NCBI GenBank assembly: GCA_963692915.1
Contig: OY843584.1
Span: 1,504,001 to 1,568,000, forward strand
Length of the DNA: 64,000 bases
DNA from: Cenarchaeum sp.
Lineage (GTDB): Archaea; Thermoproteota; Nitrososphaeria; Nitrososphaerales; Nitrosopumilaceae
Direction: 5' to 3'
The notes under the pieces were generated by a model. The model saw only the letters and a list, made by a program, of their open reading frames with translations, was not told where the DNA came from and ran no database searches. This document shows positions 57,979 through 64,000 of the stretch, one piece after another. Both the position numbers and the translations under genes were made by a program. How positions within the stretch are numbered: the stretch's first letter is position 1; every line of letters starts with the position of its first letter.

Positions 57979-59511
57979 CTATATCCTTCTTTTTATCTTG
58001 ATCCTAGAGCGGCGTATGCCGCGCGGAACGCTGCGCACGAGCCTTGCAATGCGCGCATCAGTTGCGTCATAGAGTACCGTCGTGATAGAGTTGCCCTCGA
58101 TGATCTTTGCGAGTGACTCGGCGGCATGTTCTGTCACGCCGCCTCCACAGGTTGACGCAAGATGGTGCGCGGCCGGATAAATGTCGCTCAGCTCCAGCGG
58201 GATGATCCCGAGATGGTCATTGAGGAGGCAGATCTGCGTGTCATCACCAAGCGTCTTTTCGAGCCGCAGTATCTCGGGGTCAAGGTAGGCCGGACGCGCA
58301 GACGGCTCGCCGAGTATGCAGAGGCGCGACTTGCGCGTCTTGAACCTGCGGACCATTGCGTGATATGCGCGAACCTCCGGGCGCGCGGCGTCTTCTGGCC
58401 CGAAAAGGAACGCGGCCCTTGCCTTGAAGCGCGGCGTGCCGTATGCCATGCGATCGGCGTTTGCGACAAGCGTCGAGAGCGTGTCATAGAGTCGCGGGTG
58501 CGCGCGCAACTTTTGAAACACGTGCTCCCAGAGCCTGCCGCCGGCTATGGACTCGCGCACGGCGTCGACCTCGGACTTTATCGCATACAGGTTGTGCAGC
58601 GAGAGGAGCGCGCGCAGCGACTCGGCCGGCTCGGCGCGCAGCTCCGAGGGCGTGTGCGACGAGCAGACCTCGCACGCGCACGCGAGGTGGTCCATCGAGT
58701 CTAGCCTGCGCGTGCCGTCTGGCGTGATGTATCGCCCATGCTTTGCGTATAGCGCATAGGATGCCGAGTCAAACGTGTCGCAGCCGAGCGCGACAGAGAA
58801 CGGTATCGTGAGGGGGTGGCCAGAGCCAAAGAGGTGGAGGGGGAGTGATGGCGGTATGGCATCACGCGCGGCCACAATCATTTCGGCTAGGCGCGAATAC
58901 TCGTACTGTTCCATAAACTCCACGGGGCTGCCAAGGGCCATAAACTCGTATCCCATAGATACCAGCTCGCGCGCCGAGCGCCTGACCAGGTCGAGGTGCT
59001 CGCTGCCCTGTATCGTGCCTGTCCAGACCTGGCCGGCGACGTCGGCGGCCTCGAGGGCCTGGCGTGCTGCTGCAAGCGTGTCCCTCACGTGCGCGTGCGC
59101 GGCCCTTCTCGGGAGGCCCAGGCCCGTGGGCCGGTCAAGGGGGACCGCAATGTCTGAGCGTATGGCGCGCTCATAGCCGGCCATCATCTCGGGCACGACG
59201 TCTAGTGCGCCATACTCGAGGACCTGGTATCCGCCCGAGTCCGTCATTATCGCGCCGTCATAGCCGATGATGTCATGTATGCCGCGCCGCTCGGCCTCCT
59301 CGCCGTGGTTTCTCATCGTAATGTACGCGTTTGTTATGACCATCTCAAAGCCCATGCTCTTTAGCTTTGAGGGCGCAATGGCCTGCTTTACGGGATGGAC
59401 GACTGGAACGTACGCCGGCGTTATCACGTCGCCGTGGTTTGTGCGAATCTTTCCAATGCGGGCGCCTAGGTCGGTCTTTAGGACCTCAAAGACTCCGGCT
59501 GCGCGGCTCAA
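57979..59511 (-). CDS. tgtA: Archaeosine tRNA-guanine transglycosylase
   Basis: MTDSGGYQ, HLFG, CDTFDSASY, CxCxxC...HN. Confidence 0.95.
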   Translation of the reverse strand: MSRAAGVFEVLKTDLGARIGKIRTNHGDVITPAYVPVVHPVKQAIAPSKLKSMGFEMVITNAYITMRNHGEEAERRGIHDIIGYDGAIMTDSGGYQVLEYGALDVVPEMMAGYERAIRSDIAVPLDRPTGLGLPRRAAHAHVRDTLAAARQALEAADVAGQVWTGTIQGSEHLDLVRRSARELVSMGYEFMALGSPVEFMEQYEYSRLAEMIVAARDAIPPSLPLHLFGSGHPLTIPFSVALGCDTFDSASYALYAKHGRYITPDGTRRLDSMDHLACACEVCSSHTPSELRAEPAESLRALLSLHNLYAIKSEVDAVRESIAGGRLWEHVFQKLRAHPRLYDTLSTLVANADRMAYGTPRFKARAAFLFGPEDAARPEVRAYHAMVRRFKTRKSRLCILGEPSARPAYLDPEILRLEKTLGDDTQICLLNDHLGIIPLELSDIYPAAHHLASTCGGGVTEHAAESLAKIIEGNSITTVLYDATDARIARLVRSVPRGIRRSRIKIKRRI

Positions 59512-60050
59512 TACTCAAAGAACCTCCGCGTGTCCCCGCGCCGGCCAATCTCCTCGAGCCAGTCGACCTCATCACCGGGATACGTCCCGTCTAGCGCGCC
59601 GCGCGCGAGCCGTGCGACCTCTGCGGGATCCCTCCTGGTGCTGTCGACCTGCTTTACTGCGCCCTGCCCAAATGCGGCGAGCGTGTCAGAGGCCACAACG
59701 CCGAGGGCCTCGGCGCCAAGGTTCTCCAGGGACTTGCTGCGATCGTATGCGCGCTCTGCATAGACGCGCTCTAGCTCGTACGGGCTGCGGCGCAGGACCA
59801 CGGCAGCGGCCACTCCTGATGCGCTCAGCGCGTACGGTGCCAGGTGGCCTACGACGAGCGTGCCCTCGGCGGCCTCGGCGTCAAGCTCCTCGCGCAGCCT
59901 CCCCGCATCGACCTCGCCGCCCTCGCCGATGAGGCCGGCCCGCCTTGCGACGCCATTGGCGTCGATGACTTTGAGTCCGGCCCCCTCGCCGAGGATGGCA
60001 GCAACGGTGTGCTTGCCCACCCCTGGGCTGCCCGTGACCACAAGTGACAT
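59508..60050 (-). CDS. Adenylate kinase AK6/Fap7-like
   Basis: TGSPGVGKHT, VVGH, ENLGAE. Confidence 0.85.
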   Translation of the reverse strand: MSLVVTGSPGVGKHTVAAILGEGAGLKVIDANGVARRAGLIGEGGEVDAGRLREELDAEAAEGTLVVGHLAPYALSASGVAAAVVLRRSPYELERVYAERAYDRSKSLENLGAEALGVVASDTLAAFGQGAVKQVDSTRRDPAEVARLARGALDGTYPGDEVDWLEEIGRRGDTRRFFEY

Positions 60051-60173
60051 GCAGGCGCTCCCGCACACGCCGCATTAAACAATTTGCTCCTGTGCGCGCG
60101 ATGGGCGCGAGGGACCGACACGGCGCAGGAGGTGATGCAATACTAATATTCAAGAGCGCGCACGCCGAGAGCC

Positions 60174-61358
60174 ATGCAGATCGGCCTCCTCGGAAAGGCC
60201 AATGTCGGCAAGTCGACCTTTTTCTCGGCGGCGACGGCGACTCCGGTCCAGACGGGCAACTTTCCGTTCACGACCATCGAGCCCAACGTGGGCGTGGCGC
60301 ACGTCAGGGCACCTTGCGCGTGCGGCCCGCTAGGCGTCTCCCATGACATGCCCGAGTGCGACAACGGGACGCGCCTCATCCCCATAAAGCTCATCGACGT
60401 CGCCGGCCTCGTTCCAGGCGCGCACGAGGGCCGTGGCCTTGGCAACAAGTTCCTCGATGAGGCGCGCCAGGCCGATGCGCTCATACACGTTATAGACATC
60501 GCCGGCTCGACAGACCTGCAGGGCCAGCCCGTGAGCGCCGGCACGCACGATCCGGCCGAGGACGCGAGGTTTGTAGTCGAGGAGTTTGACCTCTGGTTTG
60601 GCGGCATACTGTTGCGCGAGTGGCCAAAGCTGTCAAAAGAGATAGAGCAGAGGCGCTCAAACCTGGCTGCTGCCGTCGCGCAGAGGCTCAGCGGCCTTGG
60701 CATAGGCGAGGCCCACGTGTCCGCGGCCCTCCAGTCCATCGAGCTGCACACAAAAAAGCCCGCCGAGTGGACTGATGATGACGTGGCACGCCTTGCGCGC
60801 GCGCTGCGCGAGGCCTCCAGGCCCATGGTCATCGCGGCAAACAAGGCCGACCTCCTAGACGGCGAGATTCCCTCAAAGCTAGTCGGCCAAGAAACGATTC
60901 CCTGCAGCTCTGAATCCGAGCTCTTGCTGTGCCGTGCGGCGGCTGCCGGCACAATAGGATACTCGCCCGGTGATGTCTCCTTTGAGGTGACCGGAGACGC
61001 GACACCGCAGCAGCGGGCCGCACTAGACACCGTCGCCGGCGTGCTAGAAAAGCTCGGAGGCACGGGCGTTCAGGCGGCCCTTGACAGGGCAGTCTTTGGT
61101 GCGCTGGGCATGATAGTGGCGTATCCGGTCGAGGACGAGGGCCGCATGTGCGACAAGGACGGCCGCGTCCTGCCAAACGCGCTCCTCCTAGAGCGCGGCT
61201 CGACGGCACTCGACCTCGCAAGAAAGGTCCATGCCGATATAGCCGAGGGGTTTCTCCACGGCATCGACTGCAAGACGGGCAGGCGCATAGGGGCCGACCA
61301 CGTTCTCGCCGACGGTGATGTCATAAAGGTGGTCTCGACGGGAGCCAGGGGCGGCTGA
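60174..61358 (+). CDS. ychF: YchF/Obg-family ATPase with TGS domain
   Basis: GKANVGKST, FPFTTIEPN, DVAGLVPGA, ANKAD. Confidence 0.92.
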   Translation: MQIGLLGKANVGKSTFFSAATATPVQTGNFPFTTIEPNVGVAHVRAPCACGPLGVSHDMPECDNGTRLIPIKLIDVAGLVPGAHEGRGLGNKFLDEARQADALIHVIDIAGSTDLQGQPVSAGTHDPAEDARFVVEEFDLWFGGILLREWPKLSKEIEQRRSNLAAAVAQRLSGLGIGEAHVSAALQSIELHTKKPAEWTDDDVARLARALREASRPMVIAANKADLLDGEIPSKLVGQETIPCSSESELLLCRAAAAGTIGYSPGDVSFEVTGDATPQQRAALDTVAGVLEKLGGTGVQAALDRAVFGALGMIVAYPVEDEGRMCDKDGRVLPNALLLERGSTALDLARKVHADIAEGFLHGIDCKTGRRIGADHVLADGDVIKVVSTGARGG

Positions 61359-62347
61359 TGCGCTGCCTCGGAATCGAGAGCACCGCCCACACGTTCTCGT
61401 GCGCGATACTCGAGACACGCGGGAGGCGCGGGCGCGTTCTTGCCGACGTGCGGCGCGCGTACAGGCCGCCAGACGGCGAGGGGATACACCCGCGCGAGGC
61501 CTCGCGCCACCATGTCGAAGAGAGCTCCGCATGCCTGCGCGAGTGCCTTGAGGAGTCGGGCATGTCGATGCGCGACATTGACGCAATCGCGTATGCTGCC
61601 GGCCCGGGCCTTGGGCCCTGCCTCCGAGTCGGCGCCGTCGTCGCGCGCGCGCTCTCCTCATACCACAAGATCCCGCTATATCCGGTCCACCACGCGATCG
61701 GCCACATCGAGCTCGGCAAGATGCTCACGCGCACAGACGACCCCCTCGTCCTCCTCGTGTCAGGCGGCCACACGATGATACTCGCATACAGCGCGCCGCA
61801 CTGGCGCGTCTTCGGCGAGACGCTCGACATTACGCTGGGCCAGCTCTTTGACCAGTTTGGCCGCTCTTTGGGCCTGGCCTCGCCATGCGGCCAGGAGATC
61901 GAGCGCATCGCGTCGTGGGGTGAAGAGTATTTCGACCTTCCATACACGGTAAAGGGAAACGACGTCTCGTTCTCGGGCATATGCTCGGCGGCAAAGGAGG
62001 CCATCGCCTCTGGCATTGGGCGCAAGTCCGTGTGCCACTCGCTGCAGGAGACTGCGTTTGCGATGGTCTGTGAGGCCACCGAGCGCGCACTCGTCCTGAC
62101 GAAAAAGCGCGAGCTCTTGATCGTCGGAGGCGTTGCCGCCAATGCGCGCCTCTCGCTGATGCTCGATGAGATGTCCAGGCACCATGAATGCCGCGTGGCT
62201 GCTGCCCCAATGCGCTATGCGGGTGACTGTGGATCGCAGATTGCGTGGGCCGGAATGCTAGAGGCCACAGTCTCGCGGCCCGTCAGGCCAGAGGAGGCCG
62301 GGGTTCGCCAGTCGTGGCGCCTAGACGAGGTTCCAATATCATACTGA
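61358..62347 (+). CDS. kae1: t6A threonylcarbamoyltransferase Kae1
   Basis: GIESTAHT, GPGLGPCL, HAIGHIE, VSGGHT, GGVAAN. Confidence 0.95.
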   Translation: MRCLGIESTAHTFSCAILETRGRRGRVLADVRRAYRPPDGEGIHPREASRHHVEESSACLRECLEESGMSMRDIDAIAYAAGPGLGPCLRVGAVVARALSSYHKIPLYPVHHAIGHIELGKMLTRTDDPLVLLVSGGHTMILAYSAPHWRVFGETLDITLGQLFDQFGRSLGLASPCGQEIERIASWGEEYFDLPYTVKGNDVSFSGICSAAKEAIASGIGRKSVCHSLQETAFAMVCEATERALVLTKKRELLIVGGVAANARLSLMLDEMSRHHECRVAAAPMRYAGDCGSQIAWAGMLEATVSRPVRPEEAGVRQSWRLDEVPISY

Positions 62348-62656
62348 GTCGCGTGCGTCGGTTATCGACTCTAGCCACGAGCCGGTGCTCATTACGCCAA
62401 ACTTGAAGGTCTTTTGGCCGCCGTCGAGGCGGGCCGTGATGCAGACCTTTTTGATGAGCCACCCCTCAGTCCAGGCGTTCTCAATGTCGCCCAGGCCCAC
62501 GTCAAGGACAGTGTCGCCAAAGCGCTTTGAGAGGTCGAGCATTCGAGAGCGAGTCTTGTCAAATGCGACCCTCTTGTTCGTGAGCGTGAGTATGCCGATG
62601 CCGAGTGTGTCCTCGTTGCAGTCCTCCTGCCGAATCGTCTTCTCTCCTGCGTCCAT
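62339..62656 (-). CDS. PH/GRAM-like hypothetical protein
   Basis: GILTLTNKRVAF pattern and C-terminal W helix. Confidence 0.6.
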   Translation of the reverse strand: MDAGEKTIRQEDCNEDTLGIGILTLTNKRVAFDKTRSRMLDLSKRFGDTVLDVGLGDIENAWTEGWLIKKVCITARLDGGQKTFKFGVMSTGSWLESITDARDSV

Positions 62657-62736
62657 GTGTGCGCGTGCGGCGCGTGTGGGTATTTTAATGAACGTGGGGG
62701 CGTCAGGATGCGTGGGCGCTGGTGTCGTGATGTGGC

Positions 62737-63255
62737 CTACTTTGCGGCCGTTTCATCGGTCTCTGCCTGTTCAATGAGGCCAACAAAGGCATCGCGGATC
62801 TCCTTTTTTGCCTTTTTGAGATCTTTCTCTAGGCGCTCAATGTAGTCTTTGTACAGTATGATGACTCCTTTTGATGGCAGCACATCCAAGATTTTTTCTG
62901 AACCTCCGCCCTCCTTGGACAGATCAACATAGATTAGGCGCACGTCATTGTTCAATGGGAGCTCGTGCTTTGTTGTGACCTTTGCCCAGTTTTCCTCGTC
63001 TTTCCATTCTCTCAAGTGCTGGCGTTTTTTGTTTTGGGCCGCTTGATGAATATTTTTACTCACTTCGATAATCCACGTAGTCTTCTTTGAGGTGAATATC
63101 AGATCGATCTCGGTTCTGGGCTTATGCTGTGCGTTGTAAAAGACAGAATTTGCGGTGACTAGATTCAGACCCATGTTATATAGTAAACGAGCGATCTTTC
63201 GTTCTTCACTATTTTTTATACGGGCAATTATGCACTCTGCCTGCATTGCGTCCAT
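62737..63255 (-). CDS. PD-(D/E)XK-fold hypothetical protein
   Basis: SEE..IA.LL..MG, EIDLIF, IIEVS; low GC. Confidence 0.6.
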   Translation of the reverse strand: MDAMQAECIIARIKNSEERKIARLLYNMGLNLVTANSVFYNAQHKPRTEIDLIFTSKKTTWIIEVSKNIHQAAQNKKRQHLREWKDEENWAKVTTKHELPLNNDVRLIYVDLSKEGGGSEKILDVLPSKGVIILYKDYIERLEKDLKKAKKEIRDAFVGLIEQAETDETAAK

Positions 63256-63509
63256 TACAGGCGGCGTGAATGTGGATGTTTTAATATGTTATGCTCCTGT
63301 AAGGCGGTTCTGCCGCGTGCGCCAAAGACTGGCTCCTAACAAACCTCCAAATGGCAAATTGCCCCATATGCAAGGCACAATCCTCCCGTAAACCCCAATA
63401 TGTCATATTGGATTGCGTATTTCTGTAATGAACCTAGAGGTGTTCGGAATACACAGTCAGGAACGGCACACTAGATGACCTGCACAACGGCCTAACCGCC
63501 ACCCGCCTC

Positions 63510-63980
63510 TTACCCCCATCCCATCTTGGGCTCGATCTTGTCTGCGAGGCCGCACCGCCCCACAAACCGCCATATTGCGCTCTGGGGATCCTCCTCGATG
63601 AGGTCCTCGATGTGGTTCCAGTGCAGCAGGTACGAGTCGCCGTCCATGTCCGGCCATGACCTGCCTTCTGTGGCCAGGGACATGTACACGGCGCGCGTAT
63701 GGTTGGTGCGTGCGAGTCCGAGGTCCGTGCACACCCTGTCGATGACGCGCTGCGTTCCCCATACCTTGAGATACTTGCGCTTTAGGCACCTGACGTCTAG
63801 CTGCGCGTTTGCGCTAACCTCGATGAGAATTGTCGCGTTTCTGTACGTGGTCACAAAATCGATCTCGATCTCTTCCTCGCCCTCCCACATGCGCAGCACA
63901 TAGCTGTCCCTGACGATGTTAATGCCAATGCGATTCAACAACTTGCCGATCATTATCTCTGATCTGCTCTTTGATGTCAT
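63510..63980 (-). CDS. PD-(D/E)XK-fold hypothetical protein (paralog of 62737-63255)
   Basis: SE..IG.LL..IG, EIDFVT, LIEVS. Confidence 0.6.
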   Translation of the reverse strand: MTSKSRSEIMIGKLLNRIGINIVRDSYVLRMWEGEEEIEIDFVTTYRNATILIEVSANAQLDVRCLKRKYLKVWGTQRVIDRVCTDLGLARTNHTRAVYMSLATEGRSWPDMDGDSYLLHWNHIEDLIEEDPQSAIWRFVGRCGLADKIEPKMGWG

Positions 63981-64000
63981 GTGGCCGCTGACCTCCGGTG

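Noticed and set aside
156-62210. Many long antisense/overlapping ORFs (e.g. 9371-10330, 28439-29500, 40093-41295, 55128-56222)
   Set aside because: Shadow frames of GC-rich genes; Arg/Ser/Ala-rich with no motifs

Overview
Chromosomal segment of a high-GC ammonia-oxidising-type archaeon (Nitrososphaerota/Thaumarchaeota). The expanded TPR paralogs suggest a host-associated, Cenarchaeum-like lineage, but that is inference. The backbone holds RNA-processing genes (rnz, thpR, cca, tgtA, kae1, beta-CASP nuclease), DNA glycosylases, atpC, the complex IV operon (split coxB, coxA, blue-copper protein, ctaA), complex III (Rieske, cyt b, plastocyanin-like subunit), a cluster of cupredoxin/PEFG/CFI-box surface proteins, an S8 protease and two tRNAs (Lys-CTT, Arg-TCT). 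An accessory region at about 9.2-30.7 kb holds an intact IS481 with a 15-bp target duplication, HARE-HTH nuclease fusions, a HEPN protein, an AT-rich PLD-SNF2 helicase + N6-methyltransferase defence pair with homopolymer tracts, and a tandem TPR array with a shared duplicated promoter and a dead IS481. The main leads are three. (1) Both IS481 copies sit exactly 56 bp upstream of a start codon, just beyond the TATA/BRE and in the same orientation, suggesting promoter-guided insertion. (2) The helicase/MTase pair may be phase-variable. (3) Near-identical cupredoxin modules, one with a Met-to-Gln ligand switch, occur in direct and inverted orientation. All calls come from reading motifs by eye; no database searches were run.
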